A stretch of DNA of 64,000 nucleotides, from positions 2,496,001 through 2,560,000 of the forward strand of contig OZ244799.1 in assembly GCA_965219955.1 (NCBI GenBank). Reading direction: 5' to 3'. A program made the translations under genes and the position numbers. Below are positions 27,684 through 37,222 of the stretch, one piece after another; within the stretch, counting starts at the first letter, position 1, and the number at the start of each line of letters is the position of its first letter. The notes beneath the pieces are model-generated. The model had not been told where the DNA came from, did no database searches, and saw nothing but the letters and a program-made list of their open reading frames with translations. The DNA comes from a bacterium (lineage in GTDB: Bacteria; UBA8248).

Positions 27684-29611
27684 TTTTTCTGCTCCAGACA
27701 CCACGCACCGAGGGGCGTGATGCGTAAAGTTCCCGCTTCTTCCCGCGCCAGACCGCCGCGCAGGATATCTTTTCTGACGCCGGCCGCGCTGACGGGCGCG
27801 CCGAAGCGGGCTTCCGGGTCCGAGTCCAAATGCGCATCGACGGCCCGGTCGTCCATCTCACGATCGTTCAAGGCTTCGAGCAAGCTCGCCTCCGCCCGCG
27901 CTCCGGGGGCATCATGGTCCTTCATGCGCCCTAGAATCTCGCGCAGCACCTCATCCCCAACGGCGCTGAGTTTTTTTTCCCACTTCATGGGGCCTCTCAG
28001 AACCACGCCCGTCCGGCTCTCGGTGCCTGAGTTCCTCACGTAGATTGCGCCCAGCGGCCCGCCCGCCTCATCCTCCAGGGCGAGGTACATGACGCCCGCG
28101 TCGTCCTCCAGCGGCGCAAAGCGCGGGGTGGCCACGCCCGAGAAAACGCTCTCGGCGCACTCCACCAGTTTCGCAGCCATGGCCTCCCACGCCTCCGTAC
28201 CCGGCGCGAAGCGGCTCCGCTCCACGTGGTAGGCATAATAAGACCTCTTGAACCCGCGGGGAAACGGCGCAGCGATAGCCGCATAGGCTTCTTCGGGGTT
28301 CGCCTCCTCGAAAAGGCTCCGCACCGCGGCGCAGGTGTTGAGAAAACTTTTCAAGCCGTCTCCCACCGCGATTCTGCGCCCCTCGCCCACCGCGTTCAAG
28401 AGCAGGCCTGGTGCTACCGTGTGGCCCGACTCCTCGCCCCCCAGGGCGAAGCGGTCCCCGAACCTGCGCGCCTCGTTCAATATCCACTTGTCCCCAACGG
28501 GGGTGAATACGACCTGAAGCCCCACCTCGGCCAGGGCCGCCGCCGCGCCCGAATCGCTCTCTATCGTGAGGGCGGCCACGCCATCTTCGGGCAGTTCGTC
28601 CTCGCGCTTCAAGAAACGGGCCTGCAGGACGAGCGCGTCGTCGCCGTCCAGGACGTGAATCGCATCCCGGAACGGATTGTAGACGAGGGCGTAGCCCCTG
28701 TCGCCGTCGGCGTCCAGGACGCAGGCCGCCGCCAGGCCGTCGCCCTTTTTCAGTTCTTCGCGCCGCGCGCGGCCCGCTTTGAAGAGAGAGCGCGCGCCCG
28801 CGTGGCTGTCGATGAAACCGGCGTCCGCGCCCTCGACGATGCGCCTGCCCTCGAGCGCGACCACGCCGCCGTTCTCGTTCACGCGGCCACCGCCCAGGGC
28901 GTTCACCTCGCGCACGCTCAGGGGGGTCAACTCCTCCAGCACCTGAGCGGCCAGCCCGCTCCACGCCCCCGCCGCCGGGTCCACGACCAGGCTCCACCGG
29001 GCGAGGTCGCCCTCGCGCAGCCAGCAGTTGGGAAGCCGGGTGGCGTAATCCACGTAAAACGCGCGCGCCTCGGCGGCCGCTTCCACGCCGCGGCCGCTCT
29101 CGGGCGTCTGCTCCACCGCGCTCCACTCGCTCGCCCGGACGCGGGCGCTCAGCGCCGCATCCTCATCCGGCAGGGGCTTGGCCGAGTCGGGGGCCAACAG
29201 GATTTTCACGCCGTTTTGCTCCGCGGGGTTGTGAGAGGCGGTGAGGACCACCGCGCCCGCTCCGCCCACGCCCGCCAGATAGGCCGCCGCCGCAGGCGTC
29301 GGCATCACGCCTAGCGAGAGCACATGCGCGCCCGCGCGCAGGAGGCCGTTCACGCACGCGGCGGTGAATTCCCCCGCAACGTCCCTCGGGTCCCAGGCCA
29401 GCACCACCGCGGTCGGGGAGATGAGTTGCTCGGAAGCCCGCTCCAGCAGCCAGGCGCCAGCCTCGAAGACGTAGTGCTCGACGAAGCGGGGCGTCAGGAT
29501 TCCATGCTCCAGGAAGGCTGCGCGCGGGTCCACCCCCGCCGCCTGTGGGTGATCCTCATCGGCGGCGAGGCCGCGAACCCCGTCCGTTCCCTGAAACTTC
29601 GCGTTCGGCAT
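27680..29611 (-). CDS. glmM: Phosphoglucosamine mutase-like alpha-D-phosphohexomutase (long form)
   Basis: GTDGVRG, TASHNP, DADGDR, VGDK, GGEESGH, RNSGTE; start re-called at MPNAKF. Confidence 0.75.
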   Translation of the reverse strand: MPNAKFQGTDGVRGLAADEDHPQAAGVDPRAAFLEHGILTPRFVEHYVFEAGAWLLERASEQLISPTAVVLAWDPRDVAGEFTAACVNGLLRAGAHVLSLGVMPTPAAAAYLAGVGGAGAVVLTASHNPAEQNGVKILLAPDSAKPLPDEDAALSARVRASEWSAVEQTPESGRGVEAAAEARAFYVDYATRLPNCWLREGDLARWSLVVDPAAGAWSGLAAQVLEELTPLSVREVNALGGGRVNENGGVVALEGRRIVEGADAGFIDSHAGARSLFKAGRARREELKKGDGLAAACVLDADGDRGYALVYNPFRDAIHVLDGDDALVLQARFLKREDELPEDGVAALTIESDSGAAAALAEVGLQVVFTPVGDKWILNEARRFGDRFALGGEESGHTVAPGLLLNAVGEGRRIAVGDGLKSFLNTCAAVRSLFEEANPEEAYAAIAAPFPRGFKRSYYAYHVERSRFAPGTEAWEAMAAKLVECAESVFSGVATPRFAPLEDDAGVMYLALEDEAGGPLGAIYVRNSGTESRTGVVLRGPMKWEKKLSAVGDEVLREILGRMKDHDAPGARAEASLLEALNDREMDDRAVDAHLDSDPEARFGAPVSAAGVRKDILRGGLAREEAGTLRITPLGAWCLEQKK

Positions 29612-29625
29612 TTCGGGGAGCGCCC

Positions 29626-31449
29626 TCAGGCGACGGTGACGGACTTCGCCAGGGCGCGCGGCCTGTCTACGTCGCGCTTGAGCGCCACCGCGAGGAAATA
29701 GGCCAGCAACTGACCCGAGACCATGTGCAGGAAGGGCGCGAGCAGGGGCGATACCCTGGGCAGCACGATCTCCTCGCTGAAGAGCCCTTCCACCACCTCG
29801 TCTCCCTCGAAGCGGTAGCCCAGGACGAAGCCGCCGCGCGCGCGGACTTCTTCCGCGCTGCTCCTCGTGAGCGCGTGCAGTTCGGCCTCTTCGGGCGTGG
29901 GCATGAGGACGATGGTGTGCATGTTCTCGTCGATCAGGGAGATGGTGCCGTGCTTCAGGAACCCCGCGCTCATCCCCTCCGCGTGGAGGTAGGTGACTTC
30001 CTTCATCTTGAGCGCGCATTCGAGCGCCGCCGGGTAATAGACGCCCCGGCCCAGGTAGAGCCAGTTCTTCATGTGCTGGTGCGAGTGCGCGGCCGTGTGG
30101 AAATAACCCGAGCGCTCGTTGAGCGTCTCGAGCACGAGGTCGGACAAGGTGGCGACCTCCTCCCTCAGCGCCGCGACTTCCGCCTCGCTCAGACGCCCCG
30201 CGAGCAGGCCCAGCTCCATCGAGGCGAGCAGCAAGACGACCGCCTGGCTCAGGGCCGTCTTGGTGCTGATGACGCATTTTTCGGGGCCCGCGCCCTGCAG
30301 AATCGGCACGTCCACCGAGCGGACCAGGGTGGAGCCCATCATGTTCACGATGCCCGCCGTCCTGGCGCCATTCGTTTTCGCGTGGCGCAGGGCGCTCAGG
30401 GTGTCGTAGGTCTCCCCCGACTGGCTGATGGCGCAAAAGCCGTCCCCGGGTCCAATCTCCGCGACGTGGGAGAACTCGTCGGTGCTGACGACGGGCAGAT
30501 ACCTCCCCCCCAGGCGGCTGAAGAAATACTGCCCCATCGACGCGATGTAGTAGGTCGTTCCGACGCCGCCCAGGAAGCATTGCCGCGATTCGTGGATCAT
30601 CCCGGCCAGCGCCTGGACGTCTTCCCTCGGAATCTGGAGGGCGGCCTGGACGGTGGTGGGCTGATCGTAAATCTCCTTGAGCATGAAATGGGGGTAGCCG
30701 CCCCGGCGGGCCTTCTCCGCGTCCCACTCGATCTCGGTGACTTCCTTGTCGACGCGCTCCCGGGTGAGCAGGCTCTTGACGGCGTAGCTCTCCGGCGTGA
30801 TGAGCGCGTATTCGCCGTCTTCCATGATGATCGCCCGGCGGGTGTACTCGAAGAACGCGCTGAAATCCGACCCCACGTAGTTCGCGTCGTCCCCCAGGCC
30901 GATGATGAGGGGCGATTCGCGCTTGACGCAGAAAATCCGGCCTGGCGCGTCGACCGAGATGACCGCCATGGCGAAGGTGCCCTCGAGCTCGTCGATCGCC
31001 TCGACGAAGCCCTCCTCCACGTCCTGTCCGTTTCGCGCGATTTTCTGCGCCACCAGGTGCGCGATGACTTCGGAATCCGTCTCGGATCGGAAAGCCGCGC
31101 CCTCGCGCGCGAGCCTCTCCTTGAGCTCCTTGTAGTTCGAGATGATGCCGTTGTGGACCACGGCCAGGCGGCTCTCGTTGTCCGCGTGGGGGTGCGCGTT
31201 CGCCTGCGTCACCCCGCCGTGCGTCGCCCAGCGCGTATGCGCGATGCCCACCAGCCCCTTCATGTCCGTGAAGCGCTCGAGGGAATTCACCGCCTCCACG
31301 GTGCCCACGTTCTTCCGGATGTCTATCGCGCCGTTTCTCTGGACGGCCATGCCGCAGGAGTCGTACCCCCGGTATTCGAGAGCCGCGATGGAGCGCAGGA
31401 GTTTTTGCGAGACGTTAGCGCTCGCCGCCATGCCCGCGATGCCGCACAT
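29626..31449 (-). CDS. glmS: Glutamine-fructose-6-phosphate transaminase
   Basis: MCGIAG start, LEYRGYDS, HTRWATHG, SQSGET, DRPRALAKSVTV. Confidence 0.95.
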   Translation of the reverse strand: MCGIAGMAASANVSQKLLRSIAALEYRGYDSCGMAVQRNGAIDIRKNVGTVEAVNSLERFTDMKGLVGIAHTRWATHGGVTQANAHPHADNESRLAVVHNGIISNYKELKERLAREGAAFRSETDSEVIAHLVAQKIARNGQDVEEGFVEAIDELEGTFAMAVISVDAPGRIFCVKRESPLIIGLGDDANYVGSDFSAFFEYTRRAIIMEDGEYALITPESYAVKSLLTRERVDKEVTEIEWDAEKARRGGYPHFMLKEIYDQPTTVQAALQIPREDVQALAGMIHESRQCFLGGVGTTYYIASMGQYFFSRLGGRYLPVVSTDEFSHVAEIGPGDGFCAISQSGETYDTLSALRHAKTNGARTAGIVNMMGSTLVRSVDVPILQGAGPEKCVISTKTALSQAVVLLLASMELGLLAGRLSEAEVAALREEVATLSDLVLETLNERSGYFHTAAHSHQHMKNWLYLGRGVYYPAALECALKMKEVTYLHAEGMSAGFLKHGTISLIDENMHTIVLMPTPEEAELHALTRSSAEEVRARGGFVLGYRFEGDEVVEGLFSEEIVLPRVSPLLAPFLHMVSGQLLAYFLAVALKRDVDRPRALAKSVTVA

Positions 31450-31450
31450 G

Positions 31451-32656
31451 CTAGTTCTCTCCCCGCGGATAGGTGTAATGATGCGGGATGACTTCGCCGG
31501 GCGGTACGACGGTTCCCGAAGCCAGCGTATTAGAAGCGCCGACCAGCGCCCCGTCGCCCAGGAAGGAGCCCACCTTGTCGAGGCCGGAATCAACCTCACC
31601 CTCCGGCATGCGCACCACGATTTCGGACTGGTCGAGATTCTGAATCAGCGTGAGCGATCCTGAGCCCACCACGGCGTCCTCGCCGACGACGCTGTCGCCC
31701 ACGAAGGAGAGGCGCCCCACCCGGACGCCGTTGAAGAGGATGCAGTTCTTGAGTTCCACGCCGAAGCCGATGGTCGCGTTCGCGCCGATGGCCGTGTAGG
31801 GCCGCACCAGGACCCCGTTGCCCAGAAACGTGTTCTCCCCGATGAAGCACGGCCCGAAGATGGAAGCGCCCGATTCGATCACCACGTTCTTCTCGATCAC
31901 CACGGGCCCCCGGAACTGCACCGCGCCCCGCAGCCGCACGCTGCCGTCCACGCGGGCCTCGTTCCAGGTATCCATGACCATCCGGTTGCCCTTGAGCAGA
32001 TCCCAGGGATGCTGGGCGTCCAGCCAGGGTTCCTCCCAGATCGAGGAGCGCAGGCCCTCGCCCGCGCACAATTCGTTGAGCGCCTCGTCCATCTCGAGGT
32101 TCTCCAGCAAATCGAAGAGCCGGTAGGGCATGACGAACACGCCGGCCAGCACGTAATTGCCCACCTCGCGCTCCACGGGCTTCTCCACGAGGCGCTCTAT
32201 CTGCATGTCCTTGCCCAGATAGACCGTGCCGTAGTTCTGGGCATGGGGCGTGTGGCAAATCGCCGCCACGGGCTGGTGAAAGGTGCCGAACGCCTGAACG
32301 ACCTGCCGGTACATGTTCTCCGACGCCAGCACGTCCGCATACACCAGCAGAAACGACTCATCCTCCTGAAAGTGCCCTTTCGCGAGGCTGATGGCGTCGC
32401 GGATTCCCGTGGGTTCTTCCTGGCGGATGTACTGAATCGTCATCCCGTAGCGCGAACCCTGGCCGAATTCGTTGATGATCCTGTCGGCGCGGTGACCGAC
32501 GACGACGACGAGGTCGCTCACGCCGGCGGCGCGTATTTTCTTGAGCGCCGAATGCAGGAGCATCTCGCCCGCCATCGGCAGCATCGCCTTGGGCCGGGTA
32601 TTCGTAAACGGATACAAACCGGCCCCGCGGCCGGCCGCCAGAATCAGTGCTCTCAC
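31451..32656 (-). CDS. Bifunctional sugar-1-phosphate nucleotidyltransferase/acetyltransferase (archaeal GlmU-like)
   Basis: LILAAGRG...TRPKAMLP, VEKP, PWDLL, C-terminal LbH with LSFVGDS. Confidence 0.82.
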   Translation of the reverse strand: MRALILAAGRGAGLYPFTNTRPKAMLPMAGEMLLHSALKKIRAAGVSDLVVVVGHRADRIINEFGQGSRYGMTIQYIRQEEPTGIRDAISLAKGHFQEDESFLLVYADVLASENMYRQVVQAFGTFHQPVAAICHTPHAQNYGTVYLGKDMQIERLVEKPVEREVGNYVLAGVFVMPYRLFDLLENLEMDEALNELCAGEGLRSSIWEEPWLDAQHPWDLLKGNRMVMDTWNEARVDGSVRLRGAVQFRGPVVIEKNVVIESGASIFGPCFIGENTFLGNGVLVRPYTAIGANATIGFGVELKNCILFNGVRVGRLSFVGDSVVGEDAVVGSGSLTLIQNLDQSEIVVRMPEGEVDSGLDKVGSFLGDGALVGASNTLASGTVVPPGEVIPHHYTYPRGEN

Positions 32657-32745
32657 GAGATACCCTTCTGCAATAGGCCCAAAACAGCCCCCGAACGGGC
32701 TTTTCTCCCGTTTTTTCTATCTTGCGCGGCAAATTATAGCAAATC

Positions 32746-33424
32746 GGGGTTGTTGAAAAACCCCCATTTCGTGATTCGGCGAACGAAACCGACCGGGGAG
32801 AGGGCCCGCAGGGACAGGCCGCGACCTCGGACAGGCGCAGGAGCCTGTCCGCTACAAAAGCAACCCCCTTGTCAGGGCTGTTGAAAAAGTCCGTTAAAGG
32901 AAGATTGGCGATTGTAGGGACAACCCTCCGTGGTTGTCCTGCCCTTCGTGGTTGTCCTTCGTCAGGACAGGCACGGAGGCCTGTCCCTACGGTGAACAAT
33001 TCGATGATCGGGATTCCCTCCCTCCTCGCGGAGAACTTTTTCAACGGCCCCTCGATGCGGGAAAACCGCCGTCATTCCGGCAATCAATGCCGACCGAGGA
33101 GGGAGGGATTGCCCGGAATCCATTTTGACTTTTCACCGGGCAGGGCGGCCACGACCTTGTTGTCGCGCGGCGTCGAGATGCAGAACTCAGAAAATTCGCC
33201 TTTCGTTTTTGTCTTCGATTCCGCTCCCCTCCGCCCGGGATTAAATACGTCCAAACGAGGAGGCAAAAAGGCAAAGGCGAAAATGGATTCCGGCTTTCGC
33301 CGGAATGACGGCGCACTCACTGCCCTCGCACGCCATACTTCCCTCATCCCGAGTAGGCGCGCTTGCGCGCCGTATCGAGGGACGCGCCCCTTCGATACGC
33401 GGCTCCGCCGCTACTCAGGGTGAG
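32746..33424. repeat. Cluster of REP/MITE elements
   Basis: GGGGTTGTTGAAAAA/TTTTTCAACGGCCCC ends; GTAGGGACA..TGTCCCTAC REP pair; GTCATTCCGGC...GCCGGAATGAC; CCTTCGATACGCGGCT.CGCCGCTACTC (also near 17548). Confidence 0.75.
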
Positions 33425-33548
33425 GAAGGTGGGGCTTCGGCGCTGTTCGGGATGAAGTCGATACGGCGGCCAAAGCAGGACGAAGAAAACACACCCACTC
33501 CCGAAAAATGGCTCTTCAACAGCACCGAATCGGGCGGTCATGCGCGCC

Positions 33549-34310
33549 TCAGCCCGCGCGCTTGCGCTTCTCGTAAATCTTCTGCGCCCGTCGCAAGTCC
33601 TCCGGCGTGTTCACGCCCAGCGCCTCTTCGGGCGACGCCAGATCAAGGCCCTGGACAACGCGGCCCTCGGCGCGCGCGATGGGGAAAACGTCGGGCAGGT
33701 AGTACTCCCCCTGGTTGTTCCCGGCCCTGATCCTCGGCAGGGCGGCGCGCAGGAAAGCGGTCTCGAAGGCATAGGCGCCCGTGTTGATCTCGGTAATTGT
33801 CTTCTGTAAATCCGTCGCGTCCGCCTCCTCCACCACGCCGATGAGTTCCGCCTCCTCGCGCAGGGCGCGGCCATACCCGTGCGGCTCCCCCGCGACGGCC
33901 GTGAGCATGGTGGCCGCCGCATGCGCCTCCTCATGCAGGCGCGCCAAGCGCTTCAGAGTAGCCGTTCGTATCAGGGGCGCATCGCCGCACAGGAGATACA
34001 GATGCTTCGCCCCGGCGGGCAGGGCGGACAAGCCCACCTCGGCGGCATGGCCGGTGCCGAGTTGCTCTTCCTGAAGGGCGAAGACGACATCCCCGTCATC
34101 GCCCGAAAACGCCCGTTGAACGTCCCGGGCCCGGTGGCCCACGACGATGACGATGGGCCGGGCGCCTGATTCTCGCGCGGTGGTCACGACGTGGCGGATC
34201 ATGGGCTCCCCGCCGACCGGATGGAGCACTTTCGCCAGAGCGGTTCCCATGCGCCTGCCCTGGCCGGCCGCAAGGATGACGGCGGCGAACCCATCGCCTC
34301 GATGCGCCAA
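33549..34310 (-). CDS. GlmU N-terminal uridylyltransferase domain only
   Basis: ILAAGQGRRM..KVLH, QLGTGHA, GDAPL, YGR, EINTG, NNQGEYYLPD, GVN; stops before an LbH domain. Confidence 0.85.
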   Translation of the reverse strand: MAHRGDGFAAVILAAGQGRRMGTALAKVLHPVGGEPMIRHVVTTARESGARPIVIVVGHRARDVQRAFSGDDGDVVFALQEEQLGTGHAAEVGLSALPAGAKHLYLLCGDAPLIRTATLKRLARLHEEAHAAATMLTAVAGEPHGYGRALREEAELIGVVEEADATDLQKTITEINTGAYAFETAFLRAALPRIRAGNNQGEYYLPDVFPIARAEGRVVQGLDLASPEEALGVNTPEDLRRAQKIYEKRKRAG

Positions 34311-34315
34311 AAAAC

Positions 34316-35704
34316 TTATCTCCGGCGGGAGGGGGAAGGCTTGGTGAGGCCGAATTCCAGGAGTTTTCGTCTCAGCGTGTTGCGGTTCATGCCCAGCAGG
34401 CGCGACGCCTGCACCTGGTTCCCGCCCGCTTCGCGGAGCACCAGTTCGAGCAGGGGTTTCTCGACGCTGCGGATGGTGTGATCGTAGAAGTCGCTGCTCT
34501 CCCCGTCACCCAGGGCGGTGACCACCGAGGAGAGCCTGTCGCGGAAAAAGCCCTCGATGTCACCGCCTCCCTTGCCCCGGGGCGTGGGGCTCAAGTCATT
34601 GAGCGAAATCGAGTTGCCCTCGCTCACGAGGAATGCGCGGCATACGGCCATCTCAAGTTCGGACTCGTTTCCCCACCACTTCTGCCCGGAGAACCAGTCC
34701 ATCGCCGCCGGCGTGATCCGCCTCCTCGGCTGCCCGATGCGGCTCGAGAATTCATCCAGAATCCCCTGGGCCACGAGCGAAATGTCCTTTTTTCGATCGC
34801 GCAGCGGGGGAATCTTGATGAAGCGGGTCGTCTCTTTGCGGTAAAGACGCTTGAGAATCGTGTCCTGTATCAGCCTTTCGGGGTCATGCGTGCAGCCGAA
34901 TATCACGCGGAACTCCCGGGAGAGGCTTTTTCCCCTCAACACTTTTGCCAACGCCTTCTGGAGATCCCGGCTGATGAGCTGGGCGTCTTCGATGAAGAGC
35001 GTCCCCCCTTTTTCGACGATGTCCCCCTCTTCGCCGCGCCTCTCTTCCATGCGCCTGATGGCCTTCTCCAGCGTCGAGGCGCGCCGCATCTTCGGCCCCC
35101 AGTGCAGGAACGGGTGCCTCCCGCCGGGATACTGGGAATGCAGCGCGCGGGCGACGAGCCTGAAATTCAGCCCCTTCTCCCCTTCGAGGAGAATCGTGCG
35201 GTATTTCTGCCCCGCAAGCTGGATCGAACGTCTAAGCCTCTCGGCCGCCGCGCTCGTTCCCTCGAACCGCCATCCCCCGGACTCTTCCCTCGCCTCGGTG
35301 CGAAGCCACCTGAGCTCCCTGCGAAGATAGCCCTCCTCGCTCAAGGTGCGTGAAAACTGGAACACTTCCTCGGGATGCACCTCGTCGACGAAAACGGCGC
35401 GCGCGCCCGAGCGGATGCTCGAGGGCGTGAATCCCTTGTCCTCGGGACGCAGCACCGCGGCGAAGGGCTTTCCCGTCTCCGCGATTCTCTGCATCGGAGC
35501 CGCTTCGGCGGTTTCAGCCGCCCCGTAAAGAATGAAGTCGCACCAGTTCATGCGCGAGCGCGCTTTGTTCGGGGTTTCGAAGTAAAGCGTCTCCATGCCG
35601 ATATTCCGCAAGCCGCCGAGCAAACCCTCTCTTCCGGGAGTCAGATGACCCACGAAGAGCGCCTTGGCGCGAGTCGCGTCCTTGTCGATCAAATTCACCG
35701 TCAC
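34316..35704 (-). CDS. NtrC/Fis-like regulator with degenerate AAA+ domain
   Basis: IPPLRDRKKDI, W.GN..EL, C-terminal GNQVQASRLLGMNRNTLRRKL HTH; Walker A and GAFTGA missing. Confidence 0.8.
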   Translation of the reverse strand: MTVNLIDKDATRAKALFVGHLTPGREGLLGGLRNIGMETLYFETPNKARSRMNWCDFILYGAAETAEAAPMQRIAETGKPFAAVLRPEDKGFTPSSIRSGARAVFVDEVHPEEVFQFSRTLSEEGYLRRELRWLRTEAREESGGWRFEGTSAAAERLRRSIQLAGQKYRTILLEGEKGLNFRLVARALHSQYPGGRHPFLHWGPKMRRASTLEKAIRRMEERRGEEGDIVEKGGTLFIEDAQLISRDLQKALAKVLRGKSLSREFRVIFGCTHDPERLIQDTILKRLYRKETTRFIKIPPLRDRKKDISLVAQGILDEFSSRIGQPRRRITPAAMDWFSGQKWWGNESELEMAVCRAFLVSEGNSISLNDLSPTPRGKGGGDIEGFFRDRLSSVVTALGDGESSDFYDHTIRSVEKPLLELVLREAGGNQVQASRLLGMNRNTLRRKLLEFGLTKPSPSRRR

Positions 35705-35710
35705 ATGCCC

Positions 35711-36016
35711 TCAAAACAGCCGAAACACAGGCCCGGTATCCGAAAGGCCGGAAAAAACCACCTTGTCGCCGATCGACGGCTCACTCTCATCATCATCCGC
35801 CAGGCGGGCGAGAATTCGCCCCCCCTCTTCCAGTTCCACCAACGCGAGCAAATAAGGCGTCGGCATCCCCCGGGCTCCCATGTGAACCGATGAAAAGCTG
35901 TAGACGATGCCCCGCCCGGAGGCCGGCCTCTCCTCCAGTTCGCCGCCGCAATGCCCGCATCGCTGCGAGTTTTCCAGGTAAATCCGCCCGCATCCGGCGC
36001 AAACGAAGGTCTCCAT
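35711..36016 (-). CDS. DUF35 Zn-ribbon/OB-fold protein
   Basis: CAGCG...CGHCG, SGRGIVYSFS, PYLLALVELEEG. Confidence 0.88.
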   Translation of the reverse strand: METFVCAGCGRIYLENSQRCGHCGGELEERPASGRGIVYSFSSVHMGARGMPTPYLLALVELEEGGRILARLADDDESEPSIGDKVVFSGLSDTGPVFRLF

Positions 36017-36041
36017 GCGTGAGCATCCACCCTTCCCCGCC

Positions 36042-37202
36042 TCAGGCGGTCGCACCCAGAATGTGCACGGCGCACGTGGCCCCGGAACCTCCGAGATTGT
36101 GGGCCAGCCCCACCCCGGCGCCCGGAACCTGGCGCGCGCCCGCTTCTCCGCGCAACTGGAGCGTGAGTTCATGAATCTGCGCCACGCCCGTCGCCCCCAC
36201 CGGGTGGCCTTTCGATTTCAGGCCGCCGCTGGTGTTGACCGGCATCGCGCCGCCGAGCTTCGTCATCCCCTCGAGCGCGCCGCGGCCTCCCTCGCCTTTG
36301 GCGAAAAACCCCAAATCCTCGAGCGCGATGATCTCCGCCATCGTGAAACAATCGTGAATCTCGGCCAGGTCGACGTCCTCGCGGCTCAGCCCCGCCCGGG
36401 AGAAGGCCTCCTCCCCCGCTTTCTGCGTGGCGTAAAACGAGGTGATGTCGCGCTTGTCGGAAAGCGCGGGTGAATCCGAAGCCTGCGCCGATGCCAGAAC
36501 CTCGACCGGTTTCTCGTGATGCACCAAAGCCGTTTCTGACGGGCACAGCACGACGGCCGCCGCCCCGTCGCTGATCAGCGAGCAATCGAAAAGCCCGAGC
36601 GGCTCGGCTACGGGCCTGGCGTCCAGCACCTGGGGGAGCGTCACCTCTTTTTGCATGTGCGCGTTCGGGTTGAGCCTGCCGTGGGCGTGGTTTTTCACCG
36701 CCACGTGGGCGATCTCCTCGCGCGTCGTCCCGTGCTCGTGCATGTGGCGCCGGGCGATGAGGCCGAAAAGGGCGGGAAACGTGGAGCCGACGCTCGCCTC
36801 CACCGCCACGTCCCCGGCGGCGGCGAGGATGGAGGCCGTCTCGTCCGTCTCGGCGGAGGTCATCTTCTCCACCCCCGCGATGAGGGCGAAATCCACCTGG
36901 CCCGAAGCCACGGCCAGCACCCCCTGGCGCAGGGCCAGCCCCCCCGAGGCGCAAGCGCCCTCGAGGCGGGTGCAGGGTATCGCGCCCAGCCCCGCCGCGT
37001 GGGCGACCATGGGCGCCACGTGGTTCTGCCCGGTGAAGGCATGGCCGGCGAAATTCCCCAGGAAGAACGCTTCGATTCGCCCGGGCGCGAGGCCGGCGTC
37101 CTCGAGCGCGTCCTTGCAGGCGATAGCGCCCAGGGCGACCAGGCTCTCCGACCGCACCCCAAAGGGCGTGATGCCCACTCCGATGATCGATACGCCGCGC
37201 AC
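36042..37202 (-). CDS. Thiolase-domain protein (SCP-x type)
   Basis: EGACASG, KNH, DCSLISDGAAA, EIHDCF, GHPVGATG, HNLGG. Confidence 0.9.
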   Translation of the reverse strand: MRGVSIIGVGITPFGVRSESLVALGAIACKDALEDAGLAPGRIEAFFLGNFAGHAFTGQNHVAPMVAHAAGLGAIPCTRLEGACASGGLALRQGVLAVASGQVDFALIAGVEKMTSAETDETASILAAAGDVAVEASVGSTFPALFGLIARRHMHEHGTTREEIAHVAVKNHAHGRLNPNAHMQKEVTLPQVLDARPVAEPLGLFDCSLISDGAAAVVLCPSETALVHHEKPVEVLASAQASDSPALSDKRDITSFYATQKAGEEAFSRAGLSREDVDLAEIHDCFTMAEIIALEDLGFFAKGEGGRGALEGMTKLGGAMPVNTSGGLKSKGHPVGATGVAQIHELTLQLRGEAGARQVPGAGVGLAHNLGGSGATCAVHILGATA

Positions 37203-37222
37203 TTTTCACCCCCTCGCTGTAT

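Noticed and set aside
27680-30727. 1015-aa ORF in the track
   Set aside because: The first 372 aa overlap glmS in another frame; mutase motifs begin at ATG 29611
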